From: Candidatus Daviesbacteria bacterium
Lineage (GTDB): Bacteria; Patescibacteriota; Microgenomatia; Daviesbacterales; UBA10151
NCBI GenBank assembly: GCA_016176465.1
Contig: JACOXD010000007.1
Location: 1-55,510, forward strand
Length of the DNA: 55,510 nucleotides
Direction of reading: 5' to 3'
Positions 31,830 to 40,852 of this stretch are shown here, in pieces. Positions within the stretch are counted from its first letter, which is position 1. The number at the start of each line of letters is the position of its first letter. Under the pieces are notes generated by a model. That model was not told where the DNA came from. It was given only the letters and a program-made list of their open reading frames with translations, and did no database searches. The translations under genes were made by a program, and so were the position numbers.

Positions 31830-32789
31830 ATGGATGATTACCTTAAACAACAACTTGAAGATTTAGACAAAAGAATTCAAAAAAATAGAGAACTCTTGAC
31901 TGATCCAGAGCTAAAAGACCTTGCTCAATTAGAAATTGAAGAATTGGAAAAACAAAAACAAGAACTTGAACAATCAGCTCAAACTCCAATGAATCAATCA
32001 GAGGATGCAACTGCCCAAAGCGAAGTCGAAAGGATTAATCCCAATATAGCAATTCTAGAAATCCGAGCAGCTGCTGGAGGAGATGAGGCAGGACTTTTTG
32101 CAGGAGACTTACTTCGAATGTATTTAAGATATGCAGAAAAAAATAAGTGGAGTGTTGAAGAGCTAGATAGATCCGAGGGGGGGTTAGGACAATTAAAACA
32201 AATAGTTTTAAAAATTAAAGGGAAAAATGCTTTCACTCTTTTAAGATACGAATCAGGTGTTCACCGGGTACAAAGAGTTCCTAAAACAGAATCCTCAGGA
32301 AGGATTCATACCTCAACTGCTACAATTGCAGTTTTACCAGAAGTTTGGGAAAAAGATATTTTTATTAACCCATCAGACGTAGAGTTTGAATCCTTTAGAT
32401 CAGGTGGAGCTGGTGGACAAAATGTTAATAAAGTAAATACGGCTGTTAGGTTAAAACATATACCTACAGGTTTAGTAGTAACAGCTCAAACTGAAAGATC
32501 TCAGCTACAAAATAGGGAAAATGCCTTTGCCTTACTTAGAGCTAGGCTTTGGGAAAAAAAGCAACAAGAATCTGCTAAAAACATAACTGAGGTCCGCTCA
32601 GCTATGGTGGGAACAGGTGAGCGAAACGAAAAAATTAGAACTTATAATTTTCCTCAAAATAGAGTCACAGATCATAGAATAGGAAAATCTTGGCATAATT
32701 TAGAAGATATTTTGGAGGGAAATTTAGAACCCATCACAAAAACTCTCCAAGGAGCCGAAAGAAGTTTCCAAAATATAGAAGGTGAATAA
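31830..32789 (+). CDS. prfA: peptide chain release factor 1 (start moved to ATG 31830)
   Basis: [12 protein letters not shown]..., [26 protein letters not shown] (PxT-type tripeptide region) and [12 protein letters not shown] (GGQ). The upstream 20 codons of the tracked ORF translate the repeat element. Confidence 0.9.
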   Translation: MDDYLKQQLEDLDKRIQKNRELLTDPELKDLAQLEIEELEKQKQELEQSAQTPMNQSEDATAQSEVERINPNIAILEIRAAAGGDEAGLFAGDLLRMYLRYAEKNKWSVEELDRSEGGLGQLKQIVLKIKGKNAFTLLRYESGVHRVQRVPKTESSGRIHTSTATIAVLPEVWEKDIFINPSDVEFESFRSGGAGGQNVNKVNTAVRLKHIPTGLVVTAQTERSQLQNRENAFALLRARLWEKKQQESAKNITEVRSAMVGTGERNEKIRTYNFPQNRVTDHRIGKSWHNLEDILEGNLEPITKTLQGAERSFQNIEGE

Positions 32790-32847
32790 TTCTCTTCGAC
32801 CAGGCGCTGCGCATGGAGAAGTTCTCGACTAGAACGCTCGAACAATA

Positions 32848-33606
32848 ATGAAAAAAGGTACAACGCTCCGAGGTGAGATTCAAAGACTGCAGGGAGTACC
32901 TAAGCAATACCAACAAGGCTGGACTGAGTGGTACAAATTAAGATTTAAATTAACTCCTGATGTTTTAGTCCCCCGCCCTGAGACAGAACTTTTAGTTGAT
33001 GAGGTACTACACTTGTCATCCTCCAACTTGATTGGAGGATCCAACACCCTAGTAGATTCCCGCTTTCGCGGGAATGACTTGCTTACTATTCTAGATATTG
33101 GGACTGGCGCAGGTTGTATCGCCATTTCCATAGCAAAAAGCCTCCCTGAGGCAAGAATTATTGCTACAGATATCTCCCCTAAAGCATTAGAAGTAGCTAT
33201 GAAAAATGCTAAATTTCACAATGTTGAAGACCAAATTATTTTTCTGCAAAGTGATTTATTATTAGCTTTCAACCCCCGGGGTTTCCACACAAAACCTGAT
33301 ATTATAGTGGCAAATCTTCCCTATATCCCAACAGCTAGATTACTATTAATAGACCCCATGGTTTCTGAGCAAGAACCAAGAGTAGCTTTAGATGGAGGAA
33401 AAGATGGATTTGAAGTATATAGAAGATTATTTGCCCAAATGAGAGATAAAAACTTTTTCCCTAAATATTTAATTGCAGAAATTGATGAGGATCAAGGAGA
33501 AATAGCTTTGCTTGAGGCAAAAAAATACTTCCCAAGTTGTTCTTGGGAAGTAAAAAAGGATTTAGCTAAAAAAGATCGGATCCTTTTAATTAAATTTAGC
33601 GTTTAA
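32848..33606 (+). CDS. prmC: release-factor glutamine methyltransferase, carrying an in-frame palindromic element
   Basis: VLVPRPETELLVDE, ILDIGTGAGCIAISIA (SAM motif) and ANLPYIP (NPPY variant). Confidence 0.8.
   Translation: MKKGTTLRGEIQRLQGVPKQYQQGWTEWYKLRFKLTPDVLVPRPETELLVDEVLHLSSSNLIGGSNTLVDSRFRGNDLLTILDIGTGAGCIAISIAKSLPEARIIATDISPKALEVAMKNAKFHNVEDQIIFLQSDLLLAFNPRGFHTKPDIIVANLPYIPTARLLLIDPMVSEQEPRVALDGGKDGFEVYRRLFAQMRDKNFFPKYLIAEIDEDQGEIALLEAKKYFPSCSWEVKKDLAKKDRILLIKFSV
33015..33078 (+). repeat. GTCAT...ATGAC element variant inside prmC (two hairpins)
   Basis: ATCCTCCAA-CTTG-ATTGGAGGAT (33018..33040) and ATTCCCGC-TTTC-GCGGGAAT (33057..33076), bounded by GTCAT / ATGAC. Translated as SSSNLIGGSNTLVDSRFRGND. 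Confidence 0.7.
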
Positions 33607-33817
33607 GGAAAATAAATTCTCCTGCTATTCCAACCACTACTAGTGCCAATCCAACCATGACTAAATTGCTAGATAATGCCGGTACGTATGATGCAAGCAG
33701 CAATCCCAACCCTGCACCTGTTAAAAGATGGAGCACACCATGTGGCTTCATACACTCCTTCATCATTTTATCCATTTTCTCACCCCCCATTAAGTTTATA
33801 TATAGAGCATACCACAA
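33596..33817 (-). CDS. small hydrophobic protein
   Basis: 73 aa with two hydrophobic segments. Convergent 11-nt overlap with prmC. Confidence 0.35.
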   Translation of the reverse strand: MWYALYINLMGGEKMDKMMKECMKPHGVLHLLTGAGLGLLLASYVPALSSNLVMVGLALVVVGIAGEFIFLKR

Positions 33818-33833
33818 ATAATCCAGTGATTTT

Positions 33834-34940
33834 TTATTGGCTGGGGGCTTGTTCTAAGGAGGTGGTTAAATTAAGAGTTTTGCCATCTCTCCAAACTTCT
33901 AAATTAACTTTCTCTCCTGATTTTTTATTTCTGACAATATTTGCCACTGGATTTTCCGTATTGATAGCTTTGCCATCGATTTTAGTAATAATGTCTCCAG
34001 GCTTAAGTCCTACCTTTTCTGCAGGTGAATCCTCAAGCACATCTTGAATATACGCACCTTGGGGAACTTCGTTTAAAATTGCTGCATCTTTAGTAACAAT
34101 CATATATCTAATTCCCAAATATCCACGGGAGACTGATCCAGTCCTTAGAAATTCATCTATCAAAGGCTTTATAGAGTCAATTGGGATTGCGAAACCAATA
34201 TTTTGTGCACCCTCAGTTGTGGCTACATTGACCCCAATAACTTGACCAGCGCTATTAAGTAGCGGGCCACCTGAATTTCCAGGGTTAATTGCCGCATCAG
34301 TTTGTATTAGGTCATCTAAAGTTTCCAAAGCTCCGGAGAAAGGACTTTCTAAAATAGTAACATCTCTTCCCAAACCTGATACCACTCCAGTAGTTACAGT
34401 ATTGGAAAATCTACCCAAGGCATTACCAATAGCTATTACTATTTGACCGGCTTTTAGCTTTGATGAATCCCCAAGCTCCAAAGCTTTAAGATTGGAACCT
34501 GAAACTTGAAGTAATGCCAAATCTAAAACCGGATCCCTATAAATTTTAGTTATGTCTAGCTTTTTACCATCTTTGGTAGCAACAGAGTAATCCTGACCTA
34601 TATCCGATACTACATGACGATTAGTGACTATTACCCCTTTTTCAGAAACAACAAAACCTGTTCCAATAGTGTTTTGCACTGATCCCAGGGATTGGCCACT
34701 AAAGGGGTTAATGGTCCTTGAAGTTACACCAATTGCTACAACCGAAGGAGATGTTTTTTCTACAGTTTCTATAACTGTGTTTTCCTCTTCAACAATTACC
34801 CTTCTCTCGTTACTGGCAATTTGGGAAGGTGTGGGTAAATTTAGTTGTAAAGGAAGTTTTCCTTCATTTATCAATCTGGAACCTACAACTACAATCAGAG
34901 AAACAACAATCACTGCGAAAATAATATTAATTGGTTTCAT
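33834..34940 (-). CDS. htrA: HtrA/DegP-family serine protease with PDZ domain
   Basis: N-terminal TM, TNRHVV (His), D...LALL, GNSGGPLL (Ser) and a C-terminal PDZ (GLKPGDIITKIDG). Confidence 0.88.
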   Translation of the reverse strand: MKPINIIFAVIVVSLIVVVGSRLINEGKLPLQLNLPTPSQIASNERRVIVEEENTVIETVEKTSPSVVAIGVTSRTINPFSGQSLGSVQNTIGTGFVVSEKGVIVTNRHVVSDIGQDYSVATKDGKKLDITKIYRDPVLDLALLQVSGSNLKALELGDSSKLKAGQIVIAIGNALGRFSNTVTTGVVSGLGRDVTILESPFSGALETLDDLIQTDAAINPGNSGGPLLNSAGQVIGVNVATTEGAQNIGFAIPIDSIKPLIDEFLRTGSVSRGYLGIRYMIVTKDAAILNEVPQGAYIQDVLEDSPAEKVGLKPGDIITKIDGKAINTENPVANIVRNKKSGEKVNLEVWRDGKTLNLTTSLEQAPSQ

Positions 34941-36179
34941 TTAAAAAAGTTCTAGTGCCTTATCAAGCTGTGGATCCTCATTTTCTTCTAGCTTCTCTGG
35001 TTCTTTTACCTCCACATCAGGTTTTAGACCACTATTATGCACAGAGCGGCCGTTAGGAGTCAACCACTTAGCGGTCGTTATATGAATTCCAGTACGCTCC
35101 GGAAGGTCCTGAGCTTCCTGGATTGTCCCCTTCCCAAAAGATATCTCCCCCACCAATTTACCTCTTTTATAATCTTGGATTGCTCCAGCCACAATCTCTG
35201 AAGCAGAAGCAGAGCCTTGGTTAATTAAAACAATCAAAGGAATCTCAGTTAGCCTTCCACCTTTAGTCACTTTAAGTTCGTTTTGTTCACCCTTAGCATT
35301 TTCCTGAATCGTTACAACTCCATCTTTTAGAAATTCTGAAGCAATAGAAACTGATCCTTCCAAATATCCTCCCGGGTTATTACGCAGGTCTAAAATTACC
35401 CCATCAGGATTTAACTCCAAAGTCTCTCTGATTGCACTTTCCCATTCATTTGATGTTTTATCACCAAACCTAGTAAGTTTAATATAGGCAATATTTCTCC
35501 CATCGTTTGATTTCAAAGCCTTAAACTCAACACTTTTAACTACTATTGTATCCCTTACTAACTCAATTTTTTTGCTGTCTGTATCCCCATCATGATAGAT
35601 CTCTAATTTAACTTTGGAATTTTTAGGACCTCGAATTAAATTTACCGCTTCCCTTAAAGCTATCCCAGATGTATCTTTATCATTAATTTTCACTATTATA
35701 TCCCCTGGTTTAATTCCTGCTTTTTCAGCTGGAGTTTTAGGAAGTGGTGCAATCACAGCCAGTCTTTTTTCCTTATTAAACCCAAGTTCAATACCTACCC
35801 CCTCAAAAGTTCCACCTAATTCTTCTTGAGTAGCTTTTTGTGATTCAGGGGGTAAGAAAACAGTATAGGGATCACCCAAAGCAGCTACCATCCCGGAAAT
35901 CGCCCCATAATACATTTTTTGCGGATCTATTGCTTTTTTATCTACAAATTCTTTAGATACTAAATCCCATGTTTGCCAAAAAAGCTTAAAATCTATATCT
36001 TTGCTACTTTGAGGTTGCAAATTCTTAACTTGTAGTGTCGGTGTGTAATTTTGCCACGCTAAATCAACGTCCCGCTGTCCAAGTTGCCAACCAATGATAA
36101 AAGTTAAAGTTGCAATTAGAACTGTTACAAAACTGACTCTTTTAAAAAAAAGCATTTTAATACTTGGAAATTTTGACAC
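34941..36179 (-). CDS. S41 carboxy-terminal processing peptidase
   Basis: PDZ (AGIKPGDIIVKINDKD), LDLRNNPGGYL, GSASASEI and FGKGTIQ blocks. Confidence 0.85.
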   Translation of the reverse strand: MSKFPSIKMLFFKRVSFVTVLIATLTFIIGWQLGQRDVDLAWQNYTPTLQVKNLQPQSSKDIDFKLFWQTWDLVSKEFVDKKAIDPQKMYYGAISGMVAALGDPYTVFLPPESQKATQEELGGTFEGVGIELGFNKEKRLAVIAPLPKTPAEKAGIKPGDIIVKINDKDTSGIALREAVNLIRGPKNSKVKLEIYHDGDTDSKKIELVRDTIVVKSVEFKALKSNDGRNIAYIKLTRFGDKTSNEWESAIRETLELNPDGVILDLRNNPGGYLEGSVSIASEFLKDGVVTIQENAKGEQNELKVTKGGRLTEIPLIVLINQGSASASEIVAGAIQDYKRGKLVGEISFGKGTIQEAQDLPERTGIHITTAKWLTPNGRSVHNSGLKPDVEVKEPEKLEENEDPQLDKALELF

Positions 36180-36205
36180 AACTTAAAGTTTTTAACAAGT
36201 GCCCG

Positions 36206-37327
36206 CTAAATTAATTCTAAGTTAGGAAATGGGACTTTAATTTTACGACTAGCTAGTTCAATTGTTACCAAAAAAGTAGAAATCCCAGACTCTAGTTTAG
36301 TTAAACTTTTATCAATACCAATTATCTCTCCCAAAGCTCCCATAAAGGGGGGCCAAATTATTCTTACCCTATCCCCTATTTCCATATCTTTTCTTTCCAA
36401 ATCAGGTTGATGGGAGGGAATATTAGTTTTTGGCAAACTAACCTTTCTTAGATACATTATGCTATCTGAATCTAAGCTTGGTAGCTGCATTGCTGCAATG
36501 TTTCCATTAATAAAAACATATTTTTGGTTATAAGTTTGGAGCAAATTGTAAATATCATCCCCTATCGGGATTGCTCCAAAACCTTCTGTTGCAATAACTG
36601 AAATTCCAAGATCAGTTCCGATTCTTTCATTCCAATATAAACTTCTCCCCAAAGATAATAAATCTTTAGAATTGACTCCACCAATAATTATTCCTCCAAC
36701 TCCATGCTGGATGCACTTTTTGAGCGTATCTGAGTAAAGTAGCGCTCCCCCAACAATAATGCTTCCTCTTAATAAAGTTGAAACTTGCTGCTTTGTAAAT
36801 AAATTCCCTCTACCTTGCAGTACATGTAGAAGTCCGCTTCTTTCCTTACCTGAGCCAATCACCCCAAAAACCTCTGTAACCAAAGATTTAATTACTGCTT
36901 TATTGGTGGATGAGTCCACATCCTCTACGATCCCATAAACACCTGATGTCAAAAATTGCTGCTTTGGAAGTAAACGTATCAGTAAATCTCCTGTTTTAGG
37001 ATTATAATTTTCCAAAACTCCATCTGTAGGGGAAGTTAAAATTTTTTTACGGAAAAAACCTTTTTTAAAAGCTAAGAGTTCACCTTTAAAAATTCTCTCT
37101 CCAATTTTTCTTTGCAAAAATTTATTAGCCAAAGAAGCAGTTGCACCAATTTCCTTGGCCAGATGAATTAAACTAAATCCTCCGCTCACTTCATATTTTC
37201 CAAGCGTATCTTGAGGTTTAACTTCTTCTCCTTTAGTTACCATTAATTCCCCCTTACCAGGAAGGGCTCTATTTATTAAAGTTGGTTTATTTGCTCTAAT
37301 TCTGATTCTAAAATTTGCTTGCAACAT
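36206..37327 (-). CDS. hypothetical 373-aa protein
   Basis: ORF with a lipoyl/HlyD-like N-terminal stretch (LMVTKGEEVKPQDTLGKYE) and a KOW-like C-terminal stretch (IGDRVRIIWPPFMGALGEIIGID). No confident family. Confidence 0.45.
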   Translation of the reverse strand: MLQANFRIRIRANKPTLINRALPGKGELMVTKGEEVKPQDTLGKYEVSGGFSLIHLAKEIGATASLANKFLQRKIGERIFKGELLAFKKGFFRKKILTSPTDGVLENYNPKTGDLLIRLLPKQQFLTSGVYGIVEDVDSSTNKAVIKSLVTEVFGVIGSGKERSGLLHVLQGRGNLFTKQQVSTLLRGSIIVGGALLYSDTLKKCIQHGVGGIIIGGVNSKDLLSLGRSLYWNERIGTDLGISVIATEGFGAIPIGDDIYNLLQTYNQKYVFINGNIAAMQLPSLDSDSIMYLRKVSLPKTNIPSHQPDLERKDMEIGDRVRIIWPPFMGALGEIIGIDKSLTKLESGISTFLVTIELASRKIKVPFPNLELI

Positions 37328-37330
37328 AAA

Positions 37331-37903
37331 CTATTTTCTTAAATCCAATATTATCCCCAGTTCTCCCCCTGAAACATTTAACTGTTTATCTTTAAGCCCC
37401 ATTACTTTGACATCCGCTTTATTTACAGGGAAAAGGTAAGCTTTGCCTATGCTGATTTTACGTTTATAACCTTCAACACTAACTTGCAAAGCTTTTGCAG
37501 TAAAGTTAATCCCAGCAATGTAAGTACCCAAGGTTTTAGTTGCGCTGGAACCTTTTTTAACGATTAAATAGATATCTTTAACATTTAAACCATCAAGTAT
37601 AGCCATTACCATTTTAGGGGCTGGGGTAAATCTTAGAAAAAAGATTTCCGGGATTAGAATCCTTTTATTTTTTTGATCAATAAATTTATCTTTATTTAAT
37701 TTAACTACCTCCTTTAGAAAGATAAGATCAATATCCATTTCCAACACTTTACTAGGGATAGTTTGAGGATAAATCACTCTATTTGCGATGTAGTTTTGTA
37801 AAAATTCCGGAGATTGTTTGATAGTTAAATTAGCATTTACATCCTCTATTGAAATTTTATCTAAGTTTTTAAATAAATCAAAAACCCCTGTAAGTTTACT
37901 CAT
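37331..37903 (-). CDS. hypothetical 190-aa protein
   Basis: ORF only; 3-nt gap to the downstream gene. Confidence 0.45.
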   Translation of the reverse strand: MSKLTGVFDLFKNLDKISIEDVNANLTIKQSPEFLQNYIANRVIYPQTIPSKVLEMDIDLIFLKEVVKLNKDKFIDQKNKRILIPEIFFLRFTPAPKMVMAILDGLNVKDIYLIVKKGSSATKTLGTYIAGINFTAKALQVSVEGYKRKISIGKAYLFPVNKADVKVMGLKDKQLNVSGGELGIILDLRK

Positions 37904-37947
37904 AAGGCAGATAAATATCTATTTATCTATTTTAACAGAATAAGGTT

Positions 37948-38009
37948 GTAGTGGTTTTTCGCTCCATCTAACTAAATAGAGAGACTATCACTCGTCGCGA
38001 AAAACCAAA
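37948..38009 (+). repeat. palindromic element family X, copy 1
   Basis: Perfect 11-bp inverted repeat TGGTTTTTCGC (37952..37962) / GCGAAAAACCA (37997..38007). Ends shared with 29483..29543. Confidence 0.65.
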
Positions 38010-38012
38010 TCT

Positions 38013-38288
38013 CTAATAAACCCGGGTGACAAAAGGAAGTAAGCTTAAGTGGCGGGCATATTTAATTTGCTTCGTAATGGCTCTTTGATGCTTGCTGCAA
38101 GCGCCTGATCTGGATTTAGGATAGATTTTAGATCGATCTGAAATAAATCTGCGCAGCGTTGCCGTATCAGTATATGAAGGTTGCGTTGAATTTTGGCAAA
38201 ATAAACAAACCTTTTTCGTTCTAATCCTTAAAGGTTGCTCAACTTTTACCTCGCTATTTCTATCTTTTTTAGATTTTCTAAGTGGCAT
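38013..38288 (-). CDS. rpsR: ribosomal protein S18
   Basis: CLFCQN...YTDTATLRRFISDRSKIYPKSRSGACSKHQRAITKQIKYARHLSLLPF. Confidence 0.88.
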   Translation of the reverse strand: MPLRKSKKDRNSEVKVEQPLRIRTKKVCLFCQNSTQPSYTDTATLRRFISDRSKIYPKSRSGACSKHQRAITKQIKYARHLSLLPFVTRVY

Positions 38289-38316
38289 ATTGTGGGGAAT
38301 TATATCTTATCTAAGA

Positions 38317-38865
38317 TCAAAATGGAAGGTCATCCAGGTTACCCGGATCTTCGCTAGCTTTTGGAGCGGATTTTTCTTTTTTCTCTTCCTCAGTTTCTTC
38401 TTTAGCCTCAGGAGCTGCCTCCACTTCTGGTTTTTCCTCTGTTACCGTAACATCCTCTACAGCATCCTTAGCGGCAGCTTTAGGAGTTACATCAACATCT
38501 GCTGTATTAGCTTCATAACTACCCGCCCCACTTTTAGAGGTAAGTAAAATCATATCCTCTATTACAATCTCTGTTACTTGCCTTTGAGCTCCATCTTGAC
38601 CTTCCCAAGACCTGTTTTGTAACCTTCCTGAAACAAAAACTCTTGAGCCTTTTTTCAATAGTTGAGAGCAAAGCTCAGCTAATTTATTCCAACAAACAAT
38701 TCTATGAAAATCTGCTTCCTCTTTTCTTTCTCCATCTGAGATAAAAGTCCTATTTGTAGCAATAGAAAAAGTAGCAACAGCTGCGCCTGAAGGGGTGTAT
38801 CTTAGTTCCGGGTCTCTGGTTAAATTTCCAATTAATTCAACTCTGTTCCAAGATCTCGTGGCCAT
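38317..38865 (-). CDS. ssb: single-stranded DNA-binding protein
   Basis: NRVELIGNLTRDPELRYTPSGAAVATFSIATNR OB-fold start, acidic tail ending DDLPF. Confidence 0.9.
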   Translation of the reverse strand: MATRSWNRVELIGNLTRDPELRYTPSGAAVATFSIATNRTFISDGERKEEADFHRIVCWNKLAELCSQLLKKGSRVFVSGRLQNRSWEGQDGAQRQVTEIVIEDMILLTSKSGAGSYEANTADVDVTPKAAAKDAVEDVTVTEEKPEVEAAPEAKEETEEEKKEKSAPKASEDPGNLDDLPF

Positions 38866-38959
38866 TTCTTTTGGACGATTCTACCTACCTTTCTCTGCTA
38901 TAAAGTCACGTTACTGAATCGTCCAGCACGTAACTTTTTTTCCTCCATTACAAATTAAA

Positions 38960-39226
38960 TCATTTACGAATCAATAGGTAGCGGATAATATCTTCGTTTA
39001 ATTTCAAATCTTTGTCAAGTGAGGAAATTGTGTTAGGTTCTGCCTCAAACTCGAAGTGTGCAAAGTAAGCTTTATTTGCTCTTTTTATGGAAAAAGCCAT
39101 ATCTTTAATTCCCCAAAGATCCTCTTTTATAGTTTTAACAAAATTTTTAACAATAGCGTCCAAAAGGACCTTTCGCTCCTTTTCATCTAAACTTTCTTTA
39201 ACTAAAAGTGTTAACTGGTAATTCAT
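38960..39226 (-). CDS. rpsF: ribosomal protein S6
   Basis: MNYQLTLLVK... of the expected size, in the conserved rpsF-ssb-rpsR order. Confidence 0.75.
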   Translation of the reverse strand: MNYQLTLLVKESLDEKERKVLLDAIVKNFVKTIKEDLWGIKDMAFSIKRANKAYFAHFEFEAEPNTISSLDKDLKLNEDIIRYLLIRK

Positions 39227-39311
39227 CTGAGGCTAATTGTACAGGTTAATTTATCTTTTTTCAATCCATGGGTTTGACTGCTATAGATTTATAGGCTAAA
39301 ATTTATAACTT

Positions 39312-39629
39312 ATGAGTAACGAATCTTTAACTTCTTTAAAGGAAACGCCAAGGAGAGTTTTTAACAGGATAACCCAAGATCGTGGTGAGATATTGGATGC
39401 TATTTTAAATGGTAGTGCAATTGGGTTTACATTTTTATATGGATTAAATACTTTTAGAATTGCACTCGAAGCTTCCCAAAACAATGATCCGCTATTAGCT
39501 ACTGTAGCAGGAGTTGAAACGGTGTTACTTGGAACAATTTCCGGACGTATTTCTCTTGGAGTTCATGAAATTGCAATGCAGCAGATGTGTGACCTAACTC
39601 CAGAGGAGATGCAAAGATATATTGCATAA
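39312..39629 (+). CDS. hypothetical 105-aa protein
   Basis: ORF only. Confidence 0.3.
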   Translation: MSNESLTSLKETPRRVFNRITQDRGEILDAILNGSAIGFTFLYGLNTFRIALEASQNNDPLLATVAGVETVLLGTISGRISLGVHEIAMQQMCDLTPEEMQRYIA

Positions 39630-39773
39630 AATGAGTGCAGTAGAACTTCAATAAAGAGCAGCCCTATTAGCTTCTGGATTTGAGGAAAAATTAAGAGGAG
39701 TCATAGATAGAAATCTTGGATCAGTAAGCGAGATAGTTATTACCAGAGAACATTTCACCCCTGGTTAGTAATA

Positions 39774-40757
39774 CTAAGCTGCATATACTAAACCTCTATT
39801 AGGCATCCTTTCATTTAACAATCTATAGGGTTCCTTCCACGTTGGTTCTACCTTTGTGTAATCTGCTAACTGAGCTATTCTGGCTGTAGCCAAATCTATT
39901 ATGGTTGCTCCTTCTTCTTTTAAAATTGCTCTTGTATTTTTATTTGTAAGATCTGTTGCAAAATAAGGCTGACCTACTATTAAAAGATACTGCGGCACTC
40001 TGCTTATAAATAGTCTTGGGGGTTTCTCTACTGGTAATACAGAAGCCATCCCAGTGTTTAATATAGGAATAATAATTCCTCTCTTACAATATACTTCCAT
40101 CTCAGATGGATTTTCTCCTACCAAGCCTGAACGAGATCTGGAGGCATGTAAATAAGCACCTACTACCCAACCTCGCTGCCAGATATTTATCATCTCCCTC
40201 ATGGATTGAAGATTTAATGCATTGGCTTTTTTCTCATAATTTAAAGCTAGCTCTAAATTATGTGGATCCAGGTTATATAATCCATTCCTGTTTGTTACCA
40301 CATCTTTAATATCTCTAATATCATATGGTGTTATAACCCTTAAAACGCTGGCCATCTTTACCCAAGGCCTGATATAAAATCTTTCATCCATTTTTATGCC
40401 TGCAGGAATAGCAACTTTACTTGCCAACTCTTCAAAACCTAAAACTCTTAAGGCATGCAAAAGCGCTGGGGAATCAGCATCAGATTCATGATGAAGATGA
40501 AGTGTAATAGGAAGGCCTAATTTTCTAGCTGTTTTTAATCCTAAGATTAAATTATCTCTTCCATGGGGTCTAATATTTCGCATATGGTAATAAGCTAAAA
40601 ACTCTGCCAGTATTCCTCTATCTATTGAGGCAGCTTCAAAAACCCTACCATCCATAAGTTGGGGTATTAACTTATTTCTTCTTTGAGCTGTTTCTAAAAA
40701 CTTAGGGAGATTGGCAGGATCCATAGGTACTCTTAAATGTTCTATAGGCATAGCCAA
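39774..40757 (-). CDS. hypothetical 327-aa protein
   Basis: Long ORF; His/Asp-rich stretch ITLHLHHESDADSP hints at a metal-dependent enzyme. No family recognised. Confidence 0.45.
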   Translation of the reverse strand: MAMPIEHLRVPMDPANLPKFLETAQRRNKLIPQLMDGRVFEAASIDRGILAEFLAYYHMRNIRPHGRDNLILGLKTARKLGLPITLHLHHESDADSPALLHALRVLGFEELASKVAIPAGIKMDERFYIRPWVKMASVLRVITPYDIRDIKDVVTNRNGLYNLDPHNLELALNYEKKANALNLQSMREMINIWQRGWVVGAYLHASRSRSGLVGENPSEMEVYCKRGIIIPILNTGMASVLPVEKPPRLFISRVPQYLLIVGQPYFATDLTNKNTRAILKEEGATIIDLATARIAQLADYTKVEPTWKEPYRLLNERMPNRGLVYAA

Positions 40758-40800
40758 CCATTATATAGACTCAGAGTAAAATTGCAAAATATAGCGTAAT

Positions 40801-40850
40801 ATTAGGTGATATCTGGCAATATTAGGCAAAATTAGGTAATATTAGGTGAT
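40801..40850 (+). promoter_or_regulatory. phased ATTAGG(Y)RAW repeats immediately upstream of the fic gene (candidate operator)
   Basis: ATTAGG starts at 40801, 40821, 40831 and 40841 (the last three exactly 10 bp apart). AATATTAGGTGAT occurs twice. The ATG is at 40853. Confidence 0.45.
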
Positions 40851-40852
40851 TT

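Noticed and set aside
40798-40850. Possible CRISPR-like or tandem repeat array
   Set aside because: The units are only 10 bp with no spacers of CRISPR size, and no cas genes are present. The array is better explained as operator-type repeats in front of fic.
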